A stretch of DNA of 64,000 bases, from assembly GCF_033153115.1 (NCBI RefSeq), contig NW_026889779.1, positions 16,678,001-16,742,000 on the forward strand, given 5' to 3'. The stretch is from Saccostrea echinata. Lineage: Eukaryota. Positions 1 to 12,747 of this stretch are shown here, piece after piece. The notes under the pieces were generated by a model. It was not told where the DNA came from. It was given only the letters and a program-made list of their open reading frames with translations, and searched no databases. The stretch's first letter is position 1. Each line of letters starts with the position of its first letter. Position numbers and translations under genes: made by a program.

Positions 1-35
1 CCAATAAACATACAATGTTTAATGTTATTTTTTAG

Positions 36-2329
36 GGTTACCGTCCAGAATATGCGGGAAAGAGAGACCGCCAGGCTCCTATGTTTCAAAAGGTAACAAG
101 ATCTTGATGGCGTTTCGCAGCGACTTTTATGACGTCAGAGATGGTTTTGAAATTATTCTCACTACTTTCCGAAAAGGTACAAAATCATTATTGTATATGT
201 GTGATGCAATATATTGTATTTTATTTTTTGTGAGTGTTTCGTATAACTTTTGGTAGTAATGCTTTCTTGAGTTGAATATAACTTTAACAGTTTCAAGGTT
301 GTTCTAACTAGGGCTGGGACGATACAACATTTTCTATATCGATACGTATCACGATATTTGAGCCACGATACGATATGTATCACGATATGTTGAATTAGTT
401 ATAAAAAAAAATTTTGTATTGAAATGAACAAAATATTTCTTCACAAATGAGAATAATTTATTCAAAGAAGTTGTATATCTGTTGTAAAACAAAATTATTT
501 TACACAAGTGGGGTTTATTATTATGTATTTCATATTTATATTTATATTCTGCATATTTATTTTATATATCTAATCCAAAATATTAAGCAAACAAAGAAAA
601 AACATAAGTCAGAAATTTTTCTGCGATATTTCGATATTTCTTCATATGTATCGATATGCGTATCATCCTCACATTGAATCGATATTATCGATATCTCGAT
701 ATATCGTCCCAGCCCTAGTTCTAACCATTACCTTTGCAATGAATTACAGCGCCTTGTGAGGAGGATGAGGAGTTTAAGTGTAGGAATGGGCGGTGTATCT
801 CCTCCCTCCTCCAGTGTGATGGTATCAATAACTGTGGGGACTACTCTGACGAGTGTCAGTGGAGCGCGGGGGTACTGTTTGCTATCATGGGGGCCATTCT
901 CTTCATCACCGTAACAGGCATCGTTGGTGTAAGGTTCGTTAGAAGGAAACGACTTCTCAGAATTCCAAAAAAGGTATACATGTATTTCATATTTAAATGT
1001 AATCATTATGCGACATTATCGCAAGACACAGGTTTGTATATCTATTCCCATTTTAGGGCCAGGGGTACGGGAATGAATGAAAACTTTTTGCTTGTGAAGA
1101 TGGCGTGCAATGGGGGATGGGGGGGGGGGTTAAAAAAATATCAGAAAGACAATTACCCGGTATACATACTCTATATTGTATTCCAAATAAAACAGTGAAA
1201 ATTTGGTTAGTATATATCTATTATTATACTATACTTCGTTGGATTAAAGGATCTACATGTACCCAGTAAAAAAATGTGCACGTGCTAAGCTAAATTTCCG
1301 GGTTTTGTTGTTACTGTCACGATCTAAAAACAGAAATAAAATTAAACTTCCCGCAATTGACGCTCTATTTAAATTTTGTAAACCTAATGTACTTATTCTG
1401 TAGGGGAAAAAAGAGAATTCGACAGAGACATTCATGGATACATTTTCAACACCTTTGCCAGATATCAACCTTTTATGCGAGCACCATAGAAAGAGTATTT
1501 CTAAGAGATCCATGGCCGCCAAACCGGAAGTGCATCAGCAAAACTGTCAATCCAAAGAAGAAACAAATGACACTAATCATGTAAAATAATTGGTTTTATT
1601 GTTGAGAACATTATTCATCTTTCGTTAATAAATTACCAATATATTCATTATGTTGTGCTTACACATTGCTTTAATAAATATACATATACACAGTTCATCA
1701 TTTATCAAATACAAAATTAATGCAAATCTCCACTTTGTAAACGTCTAGATCTGCTTCAGTGACAGTGGTTTTAGTGTGTCATAACAATTCTGTATGAACG
1801 CCATTTCATGCATACTTTACATCAGAAAACAAGACTAATTCACACTTGTGCCCTCTCAACTAGTTTGTCATTACAGTTGAACTTCGGTATCTCAAACACG
1901 GATATCTCGAATACCATAGATATGGCAAAGTGATTGAGAAGTCCTAACCACGTATTTCTTAAGTATTTTACCCTCGATATCTCGAACTCTCGGATATCTC
2001 GAAGTTTTATATCGGTCCCATCGAGTTCGAGATAACGAGGGTTGACTATATTTGTTATACACTAGAAAACAAAAATAATGATGACTCTTTTCTTGGCTTG
2101 TCAAGAATTTCTGTTAGGTTGTGCCCCCCCCCCCCCACACCGAAGAAATTGCTTCTTAATGGCCCGTATTGAAAGAAATTTCGAACTTGTCTAACCCTGT
2201 GCTTAATTCAAATGTAGTGCAGAAACTATTTTTGTCTAGGCTAATGTCGAGACCCACGGTTATTATACTCACTGTTGTACCTGTAAAAATCGTTTCCTAT
2301 ATAAATCTGTACTAAAAAAAGATCTATAA
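36..2329 (+). CDS. CUB + LDL-receptor class A + transmembrane protein, 3' part (5' exons lie outside the window)
   Basis: Exon 36-176 encodes [46 protein letters not shown], a CUB C-terminal half. Exon 750-973 encodes [35 protein letters not shown] (LDLa), a hydrophobic TM segment and an RRKR stop-transfer. Probable last exon 2240-2329 encodes [33 protein letters not shown] sites are phase-consistent; the last exon is less certain. Confidence 0.85.
309..717. mobile_element. hAT-type MITE in intron
   Basis: TIR TAGGGCTGGGACGATA...TATCGTCCCAGCCCTA; perfect 8-bp TSD GTTCTAAC (301-308, 718-725); subterminal CGATA motifs. Confidence 0.9.
1874..2048. mobile_element. Tc1/mariner/pogo-type MITE
   Basis: Imperfect TIRs CAGTTGAACTTCGGTATCTC.../...GAGATAACGAGGGTTGACT with TA flanks; a related copy lies at 23662-23827. 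Confidence 0.7.
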
Positions 2330-2440
2330 TTCCAATTATTACTGAGCGGCCCAGAAGTCGATGTTGGACCGCTGAGTGGGATATAAGACCTGTCAAAAAG
2401 ATATCGGACCCTGTTTATAAATGTATAGTATTGCGAACAT

Positions 2441-4377
2441 TTACAAAGTAACTTCCTTGATAACAGAGTTCATAAGACCGAGATCAAAACTGCATTTTGA
2501 CCGTGGTCTGGTGTATGAATTAGTCGGATTTAGTCTTTTTCTCCGGGTACGTGTATCACATTCGGAGTGTTTCGTCAGTTTACCACAGCATGTCCAATGT
2601 GGACCCCCAGGGTGGATGATAGAATCATGACTGCAACAGTAATCGCCTGAAATATGCAGATTAATGAAATTTATGTAAAACATTTTGATCTAATTAACCA
2701 ATTTAAAAAAAAAGAAAGAATAAAGCAGATGATAAACCTGTTAAAGAAGATCCGTATGTACACGGTTCATCATTCTTCATGTCTCCGGAGCAGACGGAAC
2801 AACAATGCCATCTGCCGATGTGTTCTCGCCAACTGTGCTTCACGTGGAAAACCACAGATTTTGTCTGAAAACAAAATATTCAACTCTCCTGATAATGATC
2901 ATTTACTGTATATATACAAACATTTCTTTACCAATAAACCACTGATCTTGGAAAAGACAAATTAACATACTTTAATGGGCTTTCCATCAACTGTGATGTA
3001 GAGCACATGTTTTCCAGTTTCGTATGGTAAAAGCTCTATCGTCCAAGTTCCATCCATGTTGTTTCTTACTTCTTTTGGTTTACTTTTGTAAAAATTAAAC
3101 AAGCATGGTTAAGATACTTTTTTATCTAAATTTTTATTTGTATGTGTACATAGTGAACCTTGTTTGGTTAATTATTTACCAAACAGATCCTGATGGTTCT
3201 ATTATTTTAACCCGGACTTTCGCCTGGCAGGGAAACAATTTTCCTTCCTGTTGTAAAGTATGAAGTATGGCTAATGCTTTCTGTCTGACCCTTGCCGTCT
3301 CTAACCCTAAAAGAAAAAGATCAGTGCATTTTTTTTATGAAAAATAAACTTAACATTTATTAAGCATGTAGTACATTAGCAAGTATTGTCAGGATGGAAA
3401 CCGACACACCCTCAAACAATAGAACAACCAAATTCTAACTACATGTTCAGTAGTATATGACATTTTCTTCCATTTTCTTTTGTTAGAGAGTAGTTTCAAG
3501 ATAAATATTCTGGTATGTACAACAAAAAATTGTATCTGAATGTACTGTACCGTGCACAAATTTAAACATAAAACTTACCAGAATAGTCTAAGTAGCATTT
3601 CGCTGGACACAAGTGTCCGCTGAATATTTGGCCGTAGAACTGGTATTGGCCAATGATGGGACCATCAGCCTCCGGACAGAATTTTGTTTCTAGAGATGTC
3701 ACGTGAACTTTGGCTTGTCGTATTGTCATCAGAAGCTTGGACAATCTATTCCAGTCCCCACTGTTCTCATCTACCCCCGGGGTCATTGTTTTCAGTATTT
3801 TCTTAACTTCTTCAACATTTTCTTGTAAGCTCGAGAGAACCAATTGTTGACTTGCAATAAATTCTGTGTGCTTCATAGACATTTCTCTCGTCTGCTTCAG
3901 AAGTTCAGTCCTGTGTTTCTCCAAAGATTCAATGTATTTGTCAAAATGAGAATTAATTTCAGTTGAAATGTCCTGAGAATGAAGATTTGTTTCCATTTTT
4001 ACATCATCACACCGTTGTAACAGACGATCAAACAACAGTCCTTTAAAATCCATTTCTTCGGAGATGTGTTTTACAAGTAAATCATCCATCTTACCATTAT
4101 CCATTTTTTCACCTTCTAGATCTGGCAGAAGATATCTTATTTCCAATGTTCTTGAATTTTCAATGCCTGTTAGCTGATGATTTTGAGTTGTTTTTTGCCT
4201 CCCATGAAAAAATGCACACATTTCACACAAGTTTTCTTGACATTCATCACAATATGAAACAGCCGTTGAATCGGGTTCTTCAACACACATGGTGCAAAGT
4301 GTCGAGTTGCCATCAGATATTGTAGATATCTCGTCCTCATCTTGTTGCAAAACAAATTGTTGGTCTTCAGCATCCAT
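2441..4377 (-). CDS. TRIM45: TRIM45-like B-box/coiled-coil/filamin protein lacking a RING domain
   Basis: Exons 4377-3579 (B-box CTMC..YCDECQENLCEMCAFFHGRQKTTQNH, then coiled coil), 3306-3180 and 3082-2971 (filamin/Ig repeat GLETARV...NNMDGTWTIELLPYETGKHVLYITVDGKPI), 2864-2738 (HIGRWHCCSVCSG) and 2646-2441 (HPGGPHWTCCGKLTKHSEC). The Cys/His-rich tail matches the TRIM45 C-terminus as I recall it. All phases are consistent. Orthology is not proven. Confidence 0.82.
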
Positions 4378-5211
4378 TTATTAAAAATTTCTTGAAATTT
4401 GAGATCGAAACTCTCTATACTTCTTAACCACGTCTGCACGTGAAACAAATAGAGCAATCAAAAACTGCTACCCATGAATTGTACATAAAATGAATTTACA
4501 TTTTGTAGATATAAAAAGCGATAACACAGAAAAAAAATTCTCTTGTTACGCCTAGCAGTTTCACTAATAATCTTAATACCGGGTGCCTGAACTCTATACC
4601 TTTAGCATCACAAAAGGTTCTATTTATTTGGACATCATGTCTTTGTTAAGCTGACAAGAACATAAATTCTGTCAACGATTTGTCAACATTGCCTTAAGCT
4701 GGCCACTGACTTAAAAATTCGCCAATCCGATAAAATCCTACAACTTCGCCCTACTTAGAGCACCTGTCCAACTGCACGGTAAAATATGCCAGATGGATCT
4801 TATCTTAGCTCCAGAAAACGCGGAAAAATTCTTTTAAGTAATTCTGCCTTTGTATATACTTTAAACGTATATTTAAAAAAATCTTGTAAGGATATTTATG
4901 CGATAGTTCTAAGGTCATCGGTTACCAATATTTCTGCAATAGGGATTCTGTTTATATGAAAGTGTATGTGTGTATATAAGTGTGCCCACTTGCTTTATCG
5001 CCCTCAAGTGTTCGCTTCTTCATGTATCTCCTCTTAAAAAAATGTGAAATACATGAAATATATACATGTTTATTTACATGTACAGAAAAATTCATATTTT
5101 GATCTCAAAAAAGCTCAAAGAGAACAAAAAATATCATTTGAAAACTACTTTCTGCAGTACATAGGGACGGACAGACAGAACAAAATTAACACACACACAC
5201 ACACACACACC

Positions 5212-6030
5212 TTTTTATGCCCCTGTAATCGAAGATTCGGGGTATATAGTTTTTGCCCTGTCCGTCCGTCTGTCTGTCCACAAAAACTTTAACATTGCCC
5301 ATAACTTTTAACTGGTTGGAACTATAGCTTTCATATTTCACATGTATTCCTTGTGACAAAACCTTCCCTTGGGTACCAACATATTTGACCTCTTGACCTT
5401 GGAGTTTGACCCACTTTTGCAAAAATTTAACCTTGGCCGTAACTTTTGAACAGTTGGTGCTAGGACTTTCATACTTCACATGTGTATTCATTGTGACCTT
5501 TCCATGGATGTAATTATTTTTTACCTCGACCTTAGAGTTTGACCCACTTTTAAAAAACGTTAACCTTGGCCATAACTTTTGAACGGTTAGTACTAGGAAT
5601 TTCAAACTTCACAGGTGTATTCCTTGTGACAAGGACTTTCTTGGGATACCAATAATTTTGACATTTTGACCTACTTTTGAAAAACCTTAACCTTCGCCAT
5701 AACTTTTGAAGAGTTGCTGCTAGGGCATTTAAATTTTGCATGTGTATTTCTTATTGACAAGGTCTTCACCTGCATACCATTTATTTTGACCCCTTGACCT
5801 TGGAGTTTGACCCACTTTAGAAAATATTAACTTGACCATAACTTTTGATTTGAATGGTTGGTGCTTGGGCTTTCATATTTACCAGGTATATCCATTGACA
5901 CAGGTCCCTTTTTTGGGTAACAACATTTCGGATCTCTTGACCTTGGAGTTTGAATTGCATTTGAGAAATTTTAACCTTCGCCATAAACTGCCATACGGGG
6001 GCATCAGTGTTTCACAAACACATCTTGTTT
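5212..6030 (+). mobile_element. Helentron-associated element (HINE/pearl-like) with ~140-bp tandem array
   Basis: Starts TTTTTATGCCC; GTCC/GTCT microsatellite; ~5 tandem units (ttaaccttggccataacttttgaa...); subterminal GGGGCAT; 3' hairpin GTGTTTCACAAACAC; ends in a T-run. Confidence 0.8.
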
Positions 6031-7002
6031 TTTTTTTTTTTTTTTTTTTCCGAAAGCAGGGGACAACAATATAAAGGAGAATGACAACGAAGTTCTAACA
6101 ATTTTATTTGGCGAAAAAAAAATCATTTACATCATATTATTTTTAATACACATAACGTAATACCAACGTAATTTTGAGATTTGTGTACGTCTATCAAACC
6201 ACCTTGGTAAAAGAATTACTTATACCCAGGTACTTCGAATAGTGAATAGTTTAAAATACATGCGCACTGTACAAGTTTATGTATATATAATAATACACTC
6301 TAGCACGTTTTATAAGAATACCTGCTGATTTAACTAAGGTTCTTATAAATAAACTTTTAGAAGTAGCCATGGAAAGTAAACATTGCACAAGATTTGTCAA
6401 AATACATGTATCTAAAACCAATAAAATACATATTTACAAAATTGGAAACATATAATTAAAAAAATTCTCTTCGTAAATCTTATAACGTATTTATAAGAAA
6501 CATATTTACAGGTGTAAGTATACATGTATAACATGTGTAAATTAATTAATCATCGTATCAATCTAAATAAAAACCACGCCGATCGGGCTCAGTTTTTATT
6601 TGCCAACAAAATCTCGACTGTCGGGGTATACTATTATTCTCCAACAATTCCTCCGACGCGGGATTTATTCCTTGAATATATATCAATTTTAATAATCATA
6701 ACACATAATTGTCCACAACACTCACGTGAGTTACCCTTTCCCTTCCTGACAAATATGATTAAAAGAATAATTTATAGCACATGTATATTGAGGTTTGATG
6801 ATAAGTTTACCAACTGTGGCCTTGTTCATTTTGAGGAGGTTTATATAATATTATATAAATCTTGGACTCTCACTCAATCTCAAACCTATCCTCAGACGTC
6901 ATAATTTGTATCTACTGTCTACAAACTTGAATCTCCACTAAACGGAGATGCTCGAACATTAATACGACTATTTGTGGCCTACACGTATAGGTGTTGATAT
7001 TC

Positions 7003-7356
7003 TAGAGGAGATTAAAAAAAAAAAAAGTCTGTATATTCCTTTATAAATTGACCCCTCTAGACTCATAAAAGTTTTACTAGTATCTTAACATATGTACTCT
7101 TTAAAAAAAAAATTAAATGATATAAACCTACACTACTTCGCCTTGAAAAGGGGTTTGGCATTCGTTTGGACTGAGTCATCACAGAAGAATGCCGTGTCCC
7201 AAGTTTGGTTAAAATTGGCTTAGTGGTTCTAAAATAGTAGTAGAAAATATGAAAAGTGTGCATACAACCAACAATACACGACATACAGATAAACGGACGC
7301 AGGACACTCTTCGGTCAGAAACACTCACTTAGGCCTTTGGATAAGGTGAACTGTAA
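7003..7356 (-). mobile_element. Truncated, degenerate HINE (CvA-like)
   Basis: Its reverse complement resembles the 5' end of the 14726 element (ccaagtttggttaaaattggc...gtcagaaacactcactt..gcctttgg.taaggtga). Confidence 0.6.
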
Positions 7357-7371
7357 GCTTATTTATTACTT

Positions 7372-10300
7372 TCATTGTTTTTTATTCCTAGACATAGTTA
7401 AGTGGCGAATGTTCGATATCAATAAAACGACCGCGCCCATTAACATGGCACTACCTCCAACGTAAAAAGCGTTTTCATATCGTCCGTCAATATCTTTTAG
7501 AAAACCTGGAAATAAAAGAAATATTTATATTATTCTATTAGTCTTTATTATGTGCCTGGTCTAGAATTCAGGAAATTTCAGCTGAGAGAATTCAGGAAAT
7601 TTCAGCTGGAAAATATGTTTTGCACTAACACTTAATCTACGACAAATAATGAAGTTTATTACAAATATTTAATTACCTGCGAAAGGTGGACCTACGAGCA
7701 TCCCCACACCTTGAAAGGCAATCAGAAGTCCAAATGAGTTGACTAGTTTTTCTGCCCCTAGCAGGTCAACTAGGATGACCGATTTCTGAGAAATGTAGGT
7801 ACCTATAAGTAGTCCATATACCCCACACACCACACACAGCTGGCTGTAGGACCGAGTAAAGGGGATCACAAAAGACATCCCTCCCACTAGAAACATGACG
7901 GTGTTGTATACATATACACGGAATCTTTTTACGTTCTTCAAATCTAGAACCGTTCCTGATATAAGTCTTGCCACTCCGTCAAATACACCAGTTATGATAA
8001 CTAAATAGGCCGCCTCCATGTCAGTGGTTCCTATTTGTTTGCCATAAGCCGGCAGGAACACGAAGGCGGACTGGAAGGCGAGAGTAAACAACATAATAGC
8101 TATACAAAAACACAAAAAGCGGTAATCCTTCAACAGTGAAAGTTCTAGATATTTCTTCTTCGGTCCTGAAGACTTTGCTCCTGTTTTAAAGAAACCACAA
8201 CACCCACATTTTCTGTTTCTTTCCCCATTTTTCACGGATCCGTTTTGAAATGCTTCCCTTTCCCTTGGATTATCAGGAAATGGTGATTCTCTCTCTGTTA
8301 TTCCTATAAATTTACTGTCTGTGACGACCCCCGTTTCGTCCTCTGTTTCTCTGAGAACCATCTTTTCATCGTTTGATAATTCCACTTTAGTACTGGTGTC
8401 CTTGGAATGTTCATTTAGACTGTCATGAGATATAAATGTTTTTGTGTCTTTTAGTGGAACTTCAGCACCATCTTTAATACTTTTTCTCCTGTAAATGTAA
8501 CATACACGTATATGTTAAGCAGCCCTATCTTTGTGCTCAGCAAGACCATGCAGAGCGTATAAATGGTCAAAGCAAACCGTACCTTTTTATGTTCAATGAT
8601 TGTTTAGGAATGTACTATGCACGGTTAAGCCTAACTGAATAATTCACATTCATGCAGATTTTTTTTTAAATACATTTAATTTAAATTAAACAATTTTTTT
8701 GTAAATTTTTTTTAAAAAGTCACAAAAATGTTTGAAATTAGGCCCTGAAGCATTTCAGGTCTCTTTGCATGGAAAAATTGTTCATGAAATTTTGAAATAA
8801 GTAAAAAAGGCCAACTGTGTGTTTCTTGCCTTTTGTCAAAAGCCATAAGTTTTCTTTGTTTCTCCAGAGGTCTAAACAGCATACCGCAGACACACAAATT
8901 GACCGCAAAACAAGCCAGAATATAAAATCCCCCAGTAAAAAGGTAGAAATGGAATGCTAGCTCAACAATAGCTGGAACGACAAACGATCCGAATCCCACC
9001 CCAGAAGTGGCTATACCAATTGCAATCCCCCTTCTCTTGTTGAAGTAAGTTCCCACCATAGTTACGGCTGGGGCATATGACAGGCTTCGTCCGAAACCTT
9101 TAACAAAATACATTCAATATTAATTTTCAATCAACAAAAAGCGTATTTTTGCACGAATTGCAGAATTAGTGGAAAAATTCTTAGCATGCTTTGATGACGC
9201 ACCTCCTACAAATCCAAAAAAGACATAGACAGTAATTAAAGATGGAGAATATGCCGTAATAATAAGCGTCACAGTGAAGATGAGAGATCCAGTTATTACG
9301 ACTGTCCGACTGGAGAACTTGTTACAGAGAAGGCTGCATAAAGGACCTACAATGCAGTAAAAAGAAAACACACACACATTATTAAAGATTTGTAATAGTA
9401 TTTTACTCGATATATTAATGTAACATTGAGTATAAAAATTGTTTAACTCGGCGTACCAGTCCATCTTCCAATGTTGTGTTTATTTTAGGACTTTAAAAAT
9501 TGTCAAACTGCAACTGGTCTGTTACTTTTAATTGATGTAGAAAATCTTCAATATCGAAACTGTGCCTCGAAAGAATGCGAAAAAAAATAAATTACATAAA
9601 TATCTAAAACCACAAGATAGTACATACCCAGTAAGAGTCTGATTCCTGAGGGGATGGTTGTCGCCCATGCAGTAGCTGCCGCGGTTTGCTTATACCTCTC
9701 TAGAAAATAGAGGTACAGCAGGCCAGATGATCGCTCCAGTCCCCCAATGATGAAGTGACAAAAGAAGCTCCCAAGCACCACCCACCAACCCCATCCACCG
9801 TCAGGCACCACATTTTCCTCCTTCTGTGTTAAAAGAAAATCGGTAACAGGAGTATCTGCGAAAATTTAAGGTTTTGCTAAAGGGACCAGACGCGCTATGT
9901 GATTTACCTATTTCAACACCTCATGAACAGACTGATATTGTCATAACAATAACACAGCCTTGATGGAGGTTGCAATTTTTTCACGCTTTTATTTCCATAA
10001 ATATACTGATTATTAAATTATGGAGATAACGAACAGTTATGAAGTTCATAGGTCCATTAAGACCTCTAACAACACCAGAGGTGGGATCAGGTGCCATGGA
10101 GGAGTAAGCATCCCCTGTCGACCGGTCACACTCACCTTATGCTCCTTGTCATGATCGGGCAAACAGAAAATATTAAAATTCGTAGATATGCAGTGTGTAA
10201 ATAATGGCCTAACAATTAGTAAGAAAAACATCAGTCAGCATTCGACTAAATGATGGATTGCATTTGCTGACGAGGTCATTGTATAGACCATAGAACTTGC

Positions 10301-11800
10301 TAAATGTTGACTTAAAACGAGACTGTTGATATCTTTGTTTCATCAACTTGTTTGTCAATAGATTGCCTCGTTTTAGAAATTATTCGTACGTAGAACATGC
10401 CCTTGCGTATCGAATTAACTGGGAGACATTAACTCCATATGCAGATGATAAGGATATATTGCCACATAAATAAGGGAAGGTGACGATAGAAAAGTTGAAG
10501 TCATCACCTTTATCATAAAGTTTTGTTGTTAGGTTACCATTAACGTCTTTTTTCCAGTAAAATATCCAAATATGAAACAGATGTATCGTACCCTGTGGTA
10601 TCTTTTATTTCAAGTTCACTGGGATACATCGAGTCGACATATGAATAGAAGTAACTATTATTAATTGATAATACGTCGTCGATATATCTAAATGTCGAGT
10701 TGAAGGCCACAGCATGTGCTTTCTTCTTCTCATGTATAAGTTTTTGAATAAATTCTGCTTCATATGAATAAAAAAAATAGGTCTGCTAATAACGGGGCGT
10801 AATTGGTACCCATTAGAATTCCGACAGATACCGTTTAAAGTGTCCATTTCAGGGGGAAAGGGGTGCATTTATTTGAAATGCACAAGTAATTCGCCGGTAT
10901 TGTTGTAAAATATGGAGTGAATGTGAAAATTATAACCTAGCTGTTCATAATGCATATATATAAGGCAACTTTAATTTATTCCACTTTAATATTTTCGTCA
11001 GTAATTTGCAACATAAGCTTCTCATCCGTTAACTTTGCTTATCAATATCTACTCCACGGAGTACTTCAAGATCAGGGCAAAATCCGACAAATTTAGGTTT
11101 TGTTTCCAATACATGTGTACGTGTGCCTGTATTACTGATATGCAAATATACTATAAATCTTATATGAATGAAACATTGCATGTGTTTTGAAACTATCATT
11201 CTATTTCCCCCACAATACCACAGGCACTTGTGGTATGGACCCCCCCCTTTTCCATTTTTTTTCTTTTTAAATCTGGGGTCGAGTCACCTTTTTCCTATTT
11301 TTATATTCTAATATGCACTGTATGTTATCAATAATGTAACTCTTTTGTCTCTATGAGCTGTTTTTAAATATATCGTTTTCGACTGATACATAAACAGTCG
11401 AAAACGGTATTTTTAAAAACAGCATATAGAGACAAAAGAGTTACATCATTGATAATATATAGTGCATATTAGAATATAAAAATAGGAAAAGGGTGACTCG
11501 ACCCCAGATTTAAAAAGGAAAAAAATGGAAAAAAGGGGGGGGGGGTCCATACCCCAAGTGCCTGTGCACAATACTTTCGCGATATACTTCAAGTGAAAAT
11601 CTACTTATAAGGCACACACTACAATACACCTTGTATCTTTTGGAAATAATGAGAAAAAATAAACAAACAAACATTGTCATATATCGCATATTTCTTTGCC
11701 TTACCTCGATTAGAATAGACGGGACATTATCACTGTGTAGTTCTGAAATACTGTCGTGGCTATTTCCGGCTATTTTGTTTTCATCATCCTCCATTAGCAT
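7372..11800 (-). CDS. Monocarboxylate transporter (SLC16/MCT family, MFS)
   Basis: Exons 11800-11705, 9823-9628 (VPDGGWGWWVV signature), 9346-9203, 9097-8830 (YFNKRRGIAIGIATSG), 8488-7677 (large loop plus C-terminal TMs, GPPFAG) and 7505-7372. Phases are consistent if intron 8829-8489 is GC-AG. The first exon is less certain. Confidence 0.9.
10015..10832 (-). mobile_element. 5'-truncated Penelope-like retroelement RT fragment in MCT intron 1
   Basis: Minus-strand translation gives VGILMGTNYAPLLADLF / YSYEAEFIQKL...FNSTFRYIDDVLSINN...YPSELEIKDTT...SYLDIL, with frameshifts, followed by a GC-richer 3' tail. Confidence 0.8.
11219..11566. mobile_element. Foldback (near-fully palindromic) MITE, P- or hAT-like
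   Basis: ~170-bp arms starting CACAGGCACTTG, centre near 11390; perfect 8-bp TSD CACAATAC (11211-11218, 11567-11574). Confidence 0.9.
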
Positions 11801-12347
11801 TACGTACAGCACATGACTTTACTTTCTGAAAAGAAGGTTAACATAGGTGAAATATTTACTACACGTCTTTTTGATAACATTTGTAATGCGACAGTGAACC
11901 TGACAACCAAACCACTCCAATCGCGAGTGGTACTCTTTTTTGACCCATCGTTCCTCTACTAAAAGAGGAGAATTTTTATGAAGAATTCGTCAGCTTTTTC
12001 AACAAAATGACTTGTTCTGTTAAATTATCACTTGCTTTACTTAAAAAATAAATTCAAAAACTCAAGCAATAATGAACGAAATAAAAAATAAATAAAACAA
12101 AACCAAAAATAAACAAAAATTGATTTTCTTGTAAATCAAAAATCTGCAAAGCGACATAATGTAGTTTAAACAATGTTTTATTGACGAAATTGACAAAGTT
12201 ACAAATACACTAGTAATAAATACAATAAAATTGGGAAACAAGCCATAAGGCTTATATTAATCTCTCTTTTTGCAAATTCAACAAGTGAGAGAACGTGTAC
12301 GTAGATGAAACCTAATATAGTACACTCAGAAAGAAATCGTTTCATAC

Positions 12348-12731
12348 CAGGCGCAGATCCAGGAATTTTTTTTTCCCGGGGGGGGGGGGGGGGTGGTTGT
12401 CATGTAATCTTTGGGTTGGATTTTTTTTAACCCCTTAAATTCCCTTCCCATACGTATTAAACCCAGAAAATTTATTGGCTAACCAAAAAAAACAAAAAAC
12501 AAAAAAAAAAAAAACAAACAAACAAACAAAAACAAAAATTGACGTAAAATCCATTTCCAAAATGTGAAAAATACCCTATTTCGTAGTGGTGGTGGTGGGG
12601 TCTACGTTTTCGGGGGGGGGGGCAAAGTCATTTCATTTGTTTCAGTATAAACTTATAATAACTCAGCAAATCCCAGGGGAAGTCCGGACCCCCCCCCCCT
12701 CCGACCCCCCCCCCTCCTAGATCCGCGCATG
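12348..12731. mobile_element. GC-rich-ended MITE (CAGGCGC.GATC termini)
   Basis: CAGGCGCAGATCCAGG...CTAGATCCGCGCATG with G/C runs; flanks CATAC/CATAT. Confidence 0.6.
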
Positions 12732-12747
12732 CATATATATATATTGT

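Noticed and set aside
7563-7608. 24-bp tandem duplication in an MCT intron (similar one near 14445-14490)
   Set aside because: Ordinary slippage duplication with no further structure.
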